This document shows positions 14,145 through 27,803 of a DNA stretch of 64,000 nt, one piece after another. Positions within the stretch are counted from its first letter, which is position 1. The number at the start of each line of letters is the position of its first letter. A program made the translations under genes and the position numbers. Below the pieces are notes generated by a model. It saw nothing but the letters and a program-made list of their open reading frames with translations, was not told the origin of the DNA and made no database searches. The stretch lies in contig OZ024744.1 of assembly GCA_964016885.1 (NCBI GenBank), positions 74,400,001 through 74,464,000 on the forward strand, read 5' to 3'. The DNA comes from Eledone cirrhosa. Taxonomy: Eukaryota.

Positions 14145-14214
14145 ATGTATTTTATCTGATGAGGACGTGCTGAAAAAACAGCACAGTACCTTCGAAATAT
14201 ATATAATAAAACAT
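14145..14214 (+). ncRNA. minimal type I hammerhead ribozyme (PLE type)
   Basis: Stem I ttttat/ataaaa; CTGATGA at 14156; stem II gtgctg/cagcac; GAAA; palindromic TATATA stem III; AUA triplet. Confidence 0.8.
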
Positions 14215-14351
14215 ATTTTGATTATGTAAATGTCTTCATTTATTAATATTCTGAATAATATTAATATCTCCAGAAAACGTCGCTGTAGAGTGCTTTTAAT
14301 CTATTGTAAAACTATATTCATTGAGTAATCAATGAACCATATTAATCTTTG

Positions 14352-14389
<38 letters not shown>

Positions 14390-14401
14390 TTATATATATA
14401 A

Positions 14402-15590
14402 AGATTAAAAAGCACTGCGCTGGGTACAAAAGTCGCTCCAACTTATGCTAACTTAGTCATGGCATACTTGGAAGTCCAGATATATGAACACTCCAAATCA
14501 AAATACGGCTTGAACTTCCACACATATTTGTCAGAGACTTGGAAACGTTACTTAGATGACTGCCTTATACTTTGGTCTCACACACTCGAACAACTAAACG
14601 ATTTCAAAAATTTAATTAACGGCATCAATAACCACATCCAATTCACAATGGAATACAGCCAAGATCAACCCCCATTTTTGGACATCTTAATCATAAAAAG
14701 GACACAAATATTGAATCTGACATTCACTATAAACCAACAGATTCCAAACAATACGTGCTATTCACCACCAACCATCCAAAGCACGCGAAGACGAACATCC
14801 CTTTTAATCTAGCCAGAAGAATTTGCACTCTTGTCTCCAATTATGAAATGCGACATAAAAGACTTCAAGAATTAAAGGAAATTCTGTTCGACAGACAGTA
14901 CCCACCATTACTAATAAATAATGGTACAGAATAGCCATTGATGAATTACGAAAACAGAAACAAATTGAAGGTACGTCCAATATTCTATCATATATCTCAA
15001 CACACACCCCAAGAAATACGAAAGCATACAACATCATTCACAAGAACATCTTACTATTGAAACAAGACCCAAGAATGGAAAAGAACACTTGAAACACACA
15101 AAATAGTCAAAATCAAAAGACAACCGAAATTACTAAACATATTACTCCCCAATGCCAAATTACCTACTACAAACCCACAACCAACTGTCAAGAAATGTGG
15201 TCACTCTAATTGTGGAACTTGCACTCACCTCATCGAAGGCAACACATACATTTCAATCAGGGCAAATGTTTGTTGTAAAAAAATCACTTCACTTGTTCAT
15301 CAAGAAATTTAATTTATGCCATTAAATGTAAAGGATGCAATGACGATTATATAGGGCAAACTAAACTCACACACAGAAACAGAATGACAATTCATCGCCA
15401 ACAATTACGAGACCCTGCCACAAGACAGATACCACTTAGTGCACATCTAGACATATACGCAAGCGATAAAACACCCAAATTCCAAGTCTTCCCACTTTAT
15501 CTTTGCGCTGATAATACAACAGACCAAATATGAATGAATAAGGAAAATATGTTTATTCAAAAATATAGACCAGCATTAAATATAGTTTAA
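14402..15590 (+). pseudogene. 5'-truncated Penelope-like element: RT C-terminal half + GIY-YIG endonuclease, frameshifted
   Basis: TALGTKVAPTYANLVM, WKRYLDDCLILW, PFLDILI, YKPTDSKQY..HPKH..NIPFNLARRIC, CGHSNCGTC, NLIYAIKCKGCNDDYIGQT..RMTIHRQQ. Confidence 0.92.
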
Positions 15591-15624
15591 TATACATTAA
15601 TATATTAACACCATAACATGCTAG

Positions 15625-15865
15625 GGTAAAGTCGATTAAATCGACATTACTGGTGCTTTATCGACCCCGTAAGAATAAATGGCAAAGCTAACCTTGCGGA
15701 ATTTGAACTCAGATAGTAAAGCGCAGCAACTCTATGCTAATATAATTGCATCTACGTTTAGTACAAGGCCAGCAATTATCCCAGTGCATTACTGGTACTT
15801 TTTTTTATCAACCCCGTAAGGATGAAAGTCAAAGTTAACCTCAGTGGGATTTGAACTCTGAATAT
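15625..15865 (-). mobile_element. two partial Nin-domain tRNA-SINE (family A) copies
   Basis: ctggtac..ttatc.accccgtaaggatgaaag.caaag..aacc..g.ggatttgaactc. Confidence 0.75.
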
Positions 15866-15893
15866 AAATGTCTGTAATTGTATCCAACGCCCT

Positions 15894-16065
<172 letters not shown>

Positions 16066-16597
16066 TGCAAAGTAAACAATTTACCGCATTCTGAGAAGTG
16101 GTATGAGCATAAGCCAGAGTCGGTGATAGAAAACGATCAGGTGAAGGTGCTGTGGGATTTTAGGATACAGACGGACAAGAAACTGGAACACAATAGGCCT
16201 GACCTAGTGGTTTTGGACATGGAAAAAAGGTCGTGCCTGATTGTCGATGTAGCCTGCCCATTTGAAACGAGAGTGCAAGAAAAGGAGAGGGAGAAAATTA
16301 ACCGATACAAGGACTTAAAGTGGGAGGTAAAAAGGATTTGGAACTGCCATGAAGTCAGAGTCGTCCCATTTGTCATAGGCGCACTAGGTACTACCTCAAA
16401 GAGTTTCCAAGGATGGTTAAAGAAAATTAGTCCAGCCCCGCTTTTTGGAACACTTCAAAAGGCATGCTTGTTGGGAACAGCAAGAACCCTCCGATACGTC
16501 CTGAATATCTGACGCTGTAGGTAGTGGATTGATATTCATTTCAACAAACTTTCTAGTTAAATAACATCAATGACTGAGACTCAAAGAATAATAATAA
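16066..16597 (+). mobile_element. 5'-truncated R4/Dong-clade LINE, restriction-like endonuclease domain
   Basis: WYEHKPESVIEN..KVLWDFRIQTDKKLEHNRPDLVV..IVDVACP..KEREKINRYKDL..VVPFVIGALG..LQKACLLGTARTLR; (TAA)n on both sides. Confidence 0.88.
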
Positions 16598-16870
16598 TGA
16601 GCATCCCATGTGATCACAATATCGCAGCAAAAGAATTTGACAAGCTGCGAAAATATAAAGATCTGCTTATTGAAATTGAGAAAATGTGGCTCCCTCAAGG
16701 CCGTTACAATACCAGTGATTGTGGGATGACTGGGAATGATCAAGAAAGGAACAGAACAATATTTGCGAATGATTCCTGGTTTACCCTCTCTGCACGAGGT
16801 GCAAAAAATTGTTTTGACTGGTACTGCACACGTATTGAGAAGAGCACTATCTCTGTAAGATTGATATCCC
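16598..16870 (+). mobile_element. second, divergent R4/Dong RLE 3' fragment
   Basis: SIPCDHNIAAKEFDKLRKYKDLLIEIEKMW..IPVIVG..EVQKIVLTGTAHVLRRAL (frameshifted). Confidence 0.8.
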
Positions 16871-17031
16871 TCCTTGTATTTACATATGCATATGCACATG
16901 TGTATATATATATACTGTTTTTTTTGTTTTTAATTATAATCAATGTGCTGTATTAACTGGCTTACCAATGAAAACTGTGAATTTATTTGCCCTAGGTGTC
17001 AGGAAGACACTCGGCATATATTTCAGAAACA

Positions 17032-17220
17032 ATAATTGTTTCTACTATTGGCACAAGGCCAGCAAATACCCAGTACATTACTGGTACCTTATTTTATCGA
17101 CCCCGTAAGGATGATAGGCAAAGTTAACCTCGGCGGGATTTGAACTCAGAATGGCAAAGGCCGTAACTTCTATGCGTCAAAGCATGGCGTCCGACCCTCT
17201 ACCGATACTGCCAATTCACT
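17032..17220 (-). mobile_element. Nin-domain tRNA-SINE (family A)
   Basis: A box tggcagtatcgg, B box gttcaaatcc, Nin-like gcct.tcatccttacggggtcgataaaata.gtaccag. Confidence 0.85.
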
Positions 17221-18008
17221 CAATAATGAAAGAAAATAAAAATGACAATAATAATAATAATAATTATAATAATGACGACGATGTTGATAGCACAATCAGT
17301 GTACATAAGTTTGATAAATATGTTATTTTTAAATTCGTCTTATATCATGAACCTAATTTTTTTTCTTTATTTTTCTTTGAATTCTTCACGCAGCACAGTT
17401 ACCATTTCATGTTGGTCAGTACTGAATAACTTTTACCACAATTAGGTTTTTCCACAACTACCTCCACCCACTTAAATTTGAAACACTACCCTTTCTTCGA
17501 ACGATTAAATGTCACCTTCTAGTCGAATGACAAATGTCGCCTCCCCACACAGATTAAGCGACAATGTTCTTGTTCTTTCGACTAGTTTCATCACAACGTT
17601 TTGGACAAACCAATCACTTTTTAGCAAACATAAACGTGAGGGTAATGTCGGCTGCTTACGGTCGTACAACTTGTCACGTCCTCTTGTCTTGTATTGTGAT
17701 TCAACTGTTTCCCGTCCAATTGATACAAATCATTTTCGTGGATATGAATCACCAAATTTCTTTTTCTTTTCGTTTTTCCTTTACTAAAGTATATAGACTC
17801 AACACGATGTGTTCCCGATATTACAAAAGAGATAAAGATTAGATAAAATATTTGACATGCATGGTAATGCAGTTCTGAGTTCACTGAATGCTGAGTGCAA
17901 ACAACAATTTCAAAATGGGCAATGAATTTTTATTATGCTATATTCTTCTTGGCAAATTTTTTTCTGTATGTTTTAGTATCTTTTTTATCTTTTTTATATC
18001 ATTCTCAT

Positions 18009-18039
<31 letters not shown>

Positions 18040-18895
18040 TGTTCACCAAATATATTTTCAGCTGTTAGATTTACATCTGAAGGTAGGAGAAAACGTTAGG
18101 GGAGTGGGGTCGTAGTCAAAAGAAAAGAAAAAGAATCGTAGCAAAAATCATCAGCAATGATATCGTTAGTATTAGCATCAGCAGGCAGAACGGTGGTGGT
18201 GGCAATGGTGGTAGCAATGGTAGTGGTAATGGCGATGGCGGCAGTAAGATCAATAACTAAATTTCCCCCCCAAAAAAGAAAATATCCAAAATAAAACCTA
18301 AAATAATACAAAAAGAATAGAAAAGAAAAGGAAAGAAAACTAAACAAAATAATAAAAGCATTTCAACAAAGAAATGAAAGAGAATGTCTAGGATATTGTA
18401 TACAACTAATCAAATTTGTAAACTACAGCTAGAATTTCATTCTTCAGAAGCAAATATATATGTATTCATATTGTTGTCATCTATAACACTGAGAATTAAA
18501 ATTATTAGTGAGAGTAGAATCAATAAGAAATGAACCATTTAAACAACATCCACGAAGACAACCAAATAAATACATAAATATATTAAAAACAAAAAAACAA
18601 AAAACAACATAAAAATAAAATGAAATAAAAATAACATTGTACATATGCATAGCAATAACTGAAAGATTGCAATATGCTAATATATTTGACTTGTTTATAC
18701 CTCTACACTGAATCTATTTGTCTATTTAAATAATTTATTGACTTTTCATAGGAAACATCTGAGTATGCTAATGCAATAATAACTATGAATATTACATAGG
18801 TTCTATTTTTGCATAAATTGTTCGATGCCTTTAACCATACAACTATGTAATATGTACATATGCGTATATGTGTATTCATGTAAATGTGTGTGAGA

Positions 18896-18953
<58 letters not shown>

Positions 18954-19007
18954 CCACTTCCTCCAAGCGCGAATCTAATATAACTGTGTTAAATTGCCTC
19001 CTGTGTT

Positions 19008-19091
<84 letters not shown>

Positions 19092-19585
19092 CTCCATCTC
19101 ATTTCTACTTTTGAAAAGCATAAGAACTGTGAAACTGGTAAAGGAAGCAAATAAATATTCTTAAAAAGATCCAGTTCCATTTTCGATTTCATCTTTTTTC
19201 CCTATATATACATATATTGGAAAATGTGTGAATTCCTTGGTAGAGTTCAGTATATTTAAAAAAGGAATACAGTGATTTGAGTTGTAGTTCTAAACAATTT
19301 AATTTAATTTTATAAATATTATAATTTTATAATTTAGTTTGGTAGATCTACCAAACGAAATTGTAAAATTATAATATTATAAAATTAAATTATCGTCGGA
19401 CCTCTGCCGTGGTAATGACAGAATTCGGTCATTACCAAAGCAGAGGTCCGATGAGCTTTTGATTTCAGGCTCGTGCCAGATGAATGCAGATCGAACCTTG
19501 AGCTGAACAATAGTTAAACGTGCGTCACTACTCAATAAATGTAATGAAGACATAACAAATCGTCCTTTCATTATTATATTTACAG

Positions 19586-19950
19586 TGGTAGAGGGTCGGA
19601 TGCCATGCTTTCCAGCATAGTTACGTCTCTTAACGATCTGAGTTCAAATCCTGCCGAGGTTGATTTTGCCTTTCATCCTTACGGGGTCGATAAAATAAAG
19701 TACCAGTAATACACTGGGTAATTGCTGGCCTTGTGCCAAAATTAGAAACAATTATTATATTTACAGTGGATTGGCAGTATTGGTAGAGGGTCGGACGCCA
19801 TGCTTTCCAGCATAGTTACGCCTCTTTACGGTCTGAGTTCAAATCCCGTCGAGGTTAACTTTGCCTTTAATCCTTACGGGGGTCGGTAAAATAAAGTTCC
19901 AGTAATGAACTGGGTAATTGCTGGCCTTGTGCCAAAAGTAGAAACAATTA
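19586..19950 (+). mobile_element. tandem dimer of Nin-domain tRNA-SINE (family A)
   Basis: Two head-to-tail copies with attattatatttaca at all three junctions. Confidence 0.88.
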
Positions 19951-20053
19951 TTATATTTACACTCTGTTTAGCTCTACATCTCGTTACAGACGGTAAACTA
20001 CGCAGCAAGTGTTCACCTGGGTGAACCTACAGTAACTCATGTGTCACTCCCTT

Positions 20054-20128
<75 letters not shown>

Positions 20129-20275
20129 TAGTTAGGAACTCGACGGCTGAATTCTTGAGTCTGGAGCAAGTTGTTGAAACGGCAAAAGCTCAGCCGTCAT
20201 ATTACCATACATCGAATACTTTAGTGAGTAATGGTTTAACCAGTTTTTTACTGTATCTATCTCCATTTACGTACA

Positions 20276-20319
<44 letters not shown>

Positions 20320-20321
<2 letters not shown>

Positions 20322-20510
20322 TTAATATAGATGAGATTCTACAGGACTAGAACTGTTTCATTCTTTAGAAATCATCAGGATTCCTGATGATTTCTAAAGA
20401 ATGAAACAGTTCTAGTCCTGTAGAATCTCATCTATATTAAAATTTTTATACTCTGCAATGTATTGAGTACCTTACTTACTGTGGTTACCTCCGATTCATC
20501 CCGGAATAAC
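20320..20510. repeat. fold-back pLTR family A: perfect 61 bp palindrome plus tail
   Basis: Arms 20320-20380 / 20382-20442 are exact reverse complements. Confidence 0.9.
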
Positions 20511-20546
<36 letters not shown>

Positions 20547-20622
20547 CGAAGGAAATGTGGTAAGGAACCAGGTGGACCATAACGCACCAAAGTACTCAAT
20601 ACTTGAGGTAGTAGAGTGGGTA

Positions 20623-20745
20623 ATAGGAACCAGTAAGACCCCGACAGCTGAGCTCAAGCCGTTTCGACGGCTAATTCTGAACTCAATTCAGTCCAGAATT
20701 AGCCGTCGAAACGGCTTGAGCTCAGCTGTCGGGGTCTTACTGGTT

Positions 20746-20750
<5 letters not shown>
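20623..20750. repeat. fold-back repeat, AGCCGTCGAAACGGCT family
   Basis: ~60 bp inverted arms; family also at 1805-1850, 20140-20200, 49353-49392 and 50041-50130. Confidence 0.85.
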
Positions 20751-20799
<49 letters not shown>

Positions 20800-21189
20800 T
20801 ATATGTTTCTATATGTGTGTGTGTGCTTGCGCGGTTCCGCGCGTGTGTGTGCATTTCGTCGCTTGTGTTCCGTTATTTAGGAGACGAAAAAATTGTACTA
20901 TCCTCCTTAATTTGCATATTTCTGCTATGGTCAGATTCTAATTTTGAGGCTATGAGCACCCAGCAGTTTCGACTTATGTCTAGTTTCTGTCATCTGTCTT
21001 GTTTTTAACACTTCATAGAATCGTTGTGCATTTAAAAATGGGCATTTTAAACCAGATGAAAACACACCCATCTCATGATTTGAACACGGCCGATTTCTTC
21101 CACCAAAAGCGGAAGAGAAAGAACGAGAGAGAGCGCCGGGAGAAAGAAAGAGAAAGTGGTGAAAGCGTGTGTGTGTGAGAGAGAGAAAG

Positions 21190-21223
<34 letters not shown>

Positions 21224-23227
21224 TAGATAAATAATAGATAAATAGATAGATGGATATATAGATAGATAGACATACACAGAGAGAGGGAGACGGGTAGTGA
21301 TAATGTAGAGGAAGAATTGATCCAAGACTGTTACATTATTTATCAACCTAGAAAGAGAGAGACAATCAAATTTAACTAATAGCAGTTTCAGTGTTCTGGC
21401 AAAATCCACATGGGCGCTATTTTTTCCCCTTTATTAAAAAGGAAAAAGTTGTATGTGTAGGCTTTTGTTGGAGAATTCATTTCATGCGTTGTGAAGAAAC
21501 AGATATTTGATATATAAATGTGACTGTTACTAATATGATACATGTCTTTTTATATTTAACGACAGTATTTCTTGGTAATACCAATAATATCTACAGCTGG
21601 CCAAAAGTAAGTTTACCTTTATTTCTGAAATGCTAAATCTCCCCTGATATGATGCAGTTGAAATATTATGAGAGATTTAATGGAAATTATTTTCTACAAT
21701 ATATATACTTCAACAATTTCATTAAATGTTCATTGCCTCTGAACATTCATCTTAATTCAGTATGGAAATGCCTTCAAACCAGTTTTATGTTGATATCTAG
21801 TTTTGTGTATTTAAATTTATGAGATAACTACAATAAACCTGGTATATATTATCTTATAATTATGTGAATTTAGGCACCCGACTTTCAGATACACTGGTAC
21901 ACGAAAGTAAGAATGAAATAAAAATAGTATTCACTCGTCCATTTTACTTGTATATATAATTAATTTTAACAAGAGAATATGCTTTCCTTCATTTTTATTT
22001 TGGAGATATACTGATATCATATTCAACTAGAAGAATATATTGAATATCTCCAAATTTATTTTCAACAAGGATGGGAATCTCTTTTTACTATGGGGAATAA
22101 GAAAGTCAGAGATGTGTTATATAGGAACGGTACCAAAGAAACAGTAATTTGTTTTCCTATTATTAGAGTGGTCTAGTCGATGTGGCGACATCTGCAAGTT
22201 GAAATGCATGCCTTGCATGTTAGTAAGCTTTTATTTCCAAATCAGTTAGTGTGAAAGTGGAATATTGGGCAGAAATGTAGGAACAATATCTTGCTAAGTA
22301 GATGATTTGTTTTGGACAATTTATTTGAGCTTGGTACAAAATACAATGATTGAGAATTAACCTATTTCTTTCTGTCTCATATGGGAAATATTTACAAATA
22401 AATAATCCTACTGAAGGATTAGGCGGCTGACATTCTTGTTTGTTTTGTTGTTGTTGTTTTTCTTCCTCTTTTTAATAGTACGTTCCTATCCTTTTTCATT
22501 ATGGAAGTTTACTTCACCAAAATATACTTCTATATGTTATTAAAAATAAAGATCAATACCGTTTGATCATTATTACATAGGTCTTAATAATATTTTGGTA
22601 ATAGTAGTTGTGAAAATATCTATGAAATATCAAAGAAATAAGACGATCACAATATTGACTTCTTTTACATGCTATAAATTAACATTAGTTTCATTGTATT
22701 CGTGGTGGACAGCTGATATTAACGATCTATTAAATATAATTTTAAAGTACATCTGTATACTGTCGTGTCGTCGTTCATAATACTTGGAATGATGTGAGAA
22801 ACACGGGACTGCTAATGATAAGGTTTTTCGTTTTTCAAGTCAAGTCAAGTCAGTTATACTACTAGTCTTTTAATTATAAACATATAGTGAATCATATCCT
22901 TAAGTTGGTTCATGTTGTTACTTTGATATTTTCATGAGTGTACAAACACATACACACACACACCTATATACACTTACATACACATACATACACACACACA
23001 CTCACACACACACACATACAGACACACATACACACATATACCCACACACATGCACATACATATGCACACATACGCACAAACTCACACACACACACACACA
23101 TGCACGCACATATACACACACATACATATGTATATGTATCTATATATTTATGTAAATATGTATGTCTGTGTATGTATGTATGTATATATATGTGTATGTA
23201 TGAGTGTATGTATGTGTATGTGTGTGT

Positions 23228-23357
23228 GGGGTGAATATGATTGTACGCACACAATAAAATAACACTCATATATATATGTATATATATATATATATATGTA
23301 TATAAACATACGTATATATAAATATATATATATATATAAATAAATATATATATATAC

Positions 23358-23390
<33 letters not shown>

Positions 23391-23532
23391 GATATATATA
23401 TATGTGTATATACATGTATATATATGTGTATGTATGAGTGTGTGTGTGTGTGGCGGTGAATATGATTGTACGCATACAATAAAATAACACACTCATATAT
23501 ATGTATGTATATATACATGTATATAAACATAC

Positions 23533-23540
<8 letters not shown>
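23228..23540. repeat. ~225 bp spaced tandem duplication within TA/TG microsatellite
   Basis: ggtgaatatgattgtacgca.acaataaaataacac...tataaacatacgt occurs twice. Confidence 0.75.
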
Positions 23541-23586
<46 letters not shown>

Positions 23587-23794
23587 TATATATATATATA
23601 TATATATATTAATCTATCACTGGTTGTCATTGAAAAGACACTAATGTGAATAAAACCACACACGTTTGCAATTAAATCGTCCCTAACAATGACATTTATT
23701 TTTAGAAGCCAATCTCAACTGATTGAAAAGACTGTGACAAATGTTTGTTCCGGTTTGCTAGATGTGCGATTTAAAAGTGGACAATATAATAATA

Positions 23795-24160
23795 ATTGTT
23801 TCTACTATTGGCACCAGGCCTGCAATTTCCTAGTACATTACTGGTACTTTATTTTATCGACCCCGTAAAGATGAAAGGCAAAGTTAACCCTGGCGGGATT
23901 TGAACTCAGAATGGCAAGGGCCTGTAACTCCCATGTGTCAAAGCATGGCGTCCCACCCTCTACCGATACTGCCAATAATTGTTTCTACTTTAGGCACAAG
24001 GCCAGCAATTACCCAGTGCATTACTGGTACTTTATTTTATCGACCCCGTAAGGATTAAAGGCAAAGTCAACCTCGGCGGGATTTGAACTCAGATCGTAAA
24101 GGGACGTAACTATGCTGGAAAGCATGGCGTCCGACCCTCTACCGATACTGCCAATCCACA
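23795..24160 (-). mobile_element. tandem dimer of Nin-domain tRNA-SINE (family A)
   Basis: Two consecutive near-full copies. Confidence 0.88.
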
Positions 24161-25489
24161 ATGATGATTATTATTATTTCTAACTCTGCGCAAATCAGAA
24201 ATATATACGTAGAAATGTACATTCGACAAAGAAACAGACACTGTATAATAATAGTTGTTACTTATCTTATTGTCTCTGAATAAGTTATTGGCAACTTAAG
24301 TCACTACCACGAGATTTCAACTCAAAATTAAAAGTAGCATAAACAGAAACTGTTATATTCTCGCTGTAAATCTTTATGGTATAACATATAACAAATGATT
24401 GACAGATGACATTAGTGTAATAAAATAAAGTTATAAAAGTGTTTATTTGGAGATATTAATGTAGACGTTATTTATCTCTGTCTGACTTTTCTGGAAGAGC
24501 TACCTCTCTCTCTCTCAGTTTCGATCACAATTTGTCAAGGTTTTATCCATCTGGAGTGCTAATAATAACCTGATCACAAGGAACTTAACCGGTTAACAGT
24601 TCTGTGACAGAAATTCCTTTCTCACAGTGTCTTACCACTGTAGGTTTCAAGTTGAAAGTCTTACTGGCTTGTCTCGTACCCATTATCTTTCTTAATCCTG
24701 TAGAATGATGCCGACGATCTGTTTCGAATTTATTCGACACCATGCATTCAGTTTTCACTCCCCAGAACCTGTTTAACAGTATTGTTTAAGTTGACTATAA
24801 ATTTGTGATCTGCGGAGTCAACGTTTCGACGCTGTGAATAATTTAAACTAACTGTAACAGTTAAACTAACCGAAACAATATCTAATTAAGAAGTGGATGC
24901 TCGCTGCATATTATTTAAGTTACCATTAGTATATTCTAAAAATCCCTGGTATATCTGCCACTAAACAAGAAAACCCTGAGTACATTTACAAAGCCCTTAC
25001 ATGTTCTTTTGTTATTTACTATGATGTGCTTTCATAAACGATGCGACAGCAGACGGGTGAAAAGTCTTCCCTCTCTACTGCTCATATCTCTGACCACCGG
25101 GATACTCTCCGTATTTAGGAAGGGCTGTGGTTCTTGCTCCGTGTATTTCTGAATCTGTACTGCCATGCCAGATTAAAACATACAGTCAAAAATAAGAATG
25201 ACTGAAGGTGTTCTAGAAACCTTAAATATATCATAGTTAATATCTCAGAATATTTTCTATTTGTTTCCCCCACTTCACCGCCATCTATTGAACAAATGTT
25301 ATAGTCAAAATGCTATAAGCTAAACGAACATACATCATAAGATAATTCCCTGTACTCGAGAGAGCCTTTATTTTATCCGCCATAGAAGCATGAAAAGCTT
25401 TTACAAGCACACCTGCCGCCTGCACAAAGGTTTTTACAGCACGAGCGTAATATGAAATACAAAATATTAGTTGTAATGTGCGCAATTAG

Positions 25490-25565
25490 TTGTCATGTGT
25501 GGCCCTCAGATAACACAAATGTGAACCATGTGGCCCTCGAGGGACCCTCAGTTTGACATGCCAGT
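25490..25565. mobile_element. hAT (Charlie-like) terminal remnant
   Basis: tgtggccc repeats followed by gtttgacatgcc.g TIR-like end. Confidence 0.5.
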
Positions 25566-25689
25566 TCTACAGCTCTCTGCTTTTTCACTCCCATTCTATG
25601 CTGAATTAGTTTGAATCTGTAGAATAATTAGACATATTTCATTGAATCGACTCCAGTATATAGGCATGTGGCTAGAATGTCTCAGGAAA

Positions 25690-25920
25690 GAATCACTCGA
25701 CAGATTTTACAGGCAAAACCAACCAACAGGAGATTCGGGAGTAGTCCCCGAGCAAGATAGTTGGATAACATCCATGAGCTTGGCTGGTTACGCTTCGGTA
25801 TCCAGCCGGATCAGTTAGAGACTGTTGTTTCTGACAGGACTCGCTGGAAAGAGGGTTTGAGGACTCTGCCCCCACGACCCTCTCAGGAATAAGTGGGCGA
25901 AAAAGATGAAGAAGAAGAAG
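25690..25920 (+). mobile_element. RTE-type LINE 3' end with (GAA)n tail
   Basis: Related copy at 56030-56210 (cgacagattttac.ggcaaaaccaac...gaggactctg.ccc..tcaggaat..gaagaag). Confidence 0.55.
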
Positions 25921-26984
25921 ACTCCAGTAGACCACTGATACTTATTTATTTGACTCCAGAAATTAGTTCACATCAATTGAAATTCTAGGTTTTTCTGCAA
26001 TTCCACTCACTGTTCAATAAATAATATATAACACTATTGCATAACTAAACGACATATTGTTGGCTAAAAAGAAAACTACTGTTATGTGTATTAAATGAAA
26101 TATTAATTTTGGTAAATACAATATACATTTTGTCTGCAATTGTATAAATAATACTTGATATGGGTAATATTGGCCTTCTTTATTGATCTTCAAATATGGC
26201 GCTTATAAAAACGGTGATATGATAAGAAGAATGCTACTTAAATCAAGGTAATTAATAGGAAATCACTAACTGAATTTTCTGACGAAAGTATTGTTACGCC
26301 ATCATACATAACAGGATTGTCCTTGCTATTAACAGAAGGGTTGAAATGATTTCCAACAAAGCTGCCGGGAAATGCGTAGAGTGACTGGTTATTAGTGTTT
26401 CAATATCAATTAATGTGACTTTGTATCGGAGTAAAATATGTAAATTTGTTTCATTCTGCACATTGATTTTCTCTGGTTACTATGGCTGAGTAGAATAATT
26501 AAGGGATTAATGGCCGCACGAGAAAGATTTTAAAAGTATACTTAGTTAATGAAATATTGTATATAAATACATTACACTGTAGCATACATGTTTGTGCATG
26601 AAGCTAGAATTTATATCGCCAGCGGACTGGAAAGCATTGCATTAGCAATACGCGTAACACCAACGAAGATTGTACTCACACAAATACAAACATAGACATA
26701 CTTACATACACATACACATACACACACTCAAATACACACGTGCGCACGCACACAGAAATACACACGCACACACATACACACACACACTCATATATATATA
26801 TTATGTGTGTGTGTAAATAAACGTATGTGCCACCATCTGTAAGATGTTGGAACCATAATCACGTTTGTGATGATACGTTCAAAACAAACCTGGGTGCTTC
26901 CTCACTTGTATACACATACTCGCACCCAAACACAAATACACACACACACACAAACAGACATACATACAGACACGCAATAACATA

Positions 26985-27062
<78 letters not shown>

Positions 27063-27415
27063 TGCGTGCTTTACGTATATATTTATAGGTATAGGTATAT
27101 ACATTTATGTATAAATATATATGAAGCATGAATGAAACAATTATTCACGTTATACGAGCATTCAAATAAACAAAAGACAATCTAGCGTAGGACCAATTAT
27201 ATTACAGAATTTTGTTTCGAAAATTAATGAAAGCAAATGATGAAAATATAACCACGAGGGGAATTACCGAAGTAAAGGCAAAGCGAGAAAAAGTATGATT
27301 ATGATGAAAGCGATAATGATAAAAAGGGTAAAATGAAGGTGATCGTTAGTATATTTTTCAACGGAAATTTCAAAAGAAGCGCCAAAGATTTCCTTTATAT
27401 ATCCTTAATTTGACC

Positions 27416-27513
<98 letters not shown>

Positions 27514-27519
27514 ATGTGT

Positions 27520-27660
27520 GTGTGTCCTGGGTATTACATTAAACTGCATCCAGTGGCAAAGCTGTGGGGATGTGGAGTTACCCCTTAGTTGTTATCACTC
27601 CCAGCTCTGCTCTGGCCCGGAGTAGTAGTACCTGTTAGGGTCGCATTTATGGGTTAAATT
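27520..27660 (+). mobile_element. RTE-associated dispersed repeat fragment
   Basis: gtgtcctggg..actgcatcc..actcccag..cccggagtagtagtacctgttagggtc resembles a common molluscan repeat (from recall only). Confidence 0.4.
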
Positions 27661-27724
27661 ATTACCTTATTCGAATGGCAGCGGTAAGGTGTTATCAGCC
27701 ATTGAAAAGAAATCTCGGGAATGT

Positions 27725-27803
<79 letters not shown>

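Noticed and set aside
14402-15590. Selenocysteine-containing (Naiad-type) PLE
   Set aside because: The zinc-finger Cys codons are TGT/TGC, the stop in the 45.5 kb GIY-YIG is TAG, and no SECIS was recognised
21592-21620. Tc1/mariner TIR (tacagctggccaaaagt)
   Set aside because: No partner TIR or transposase remnant found
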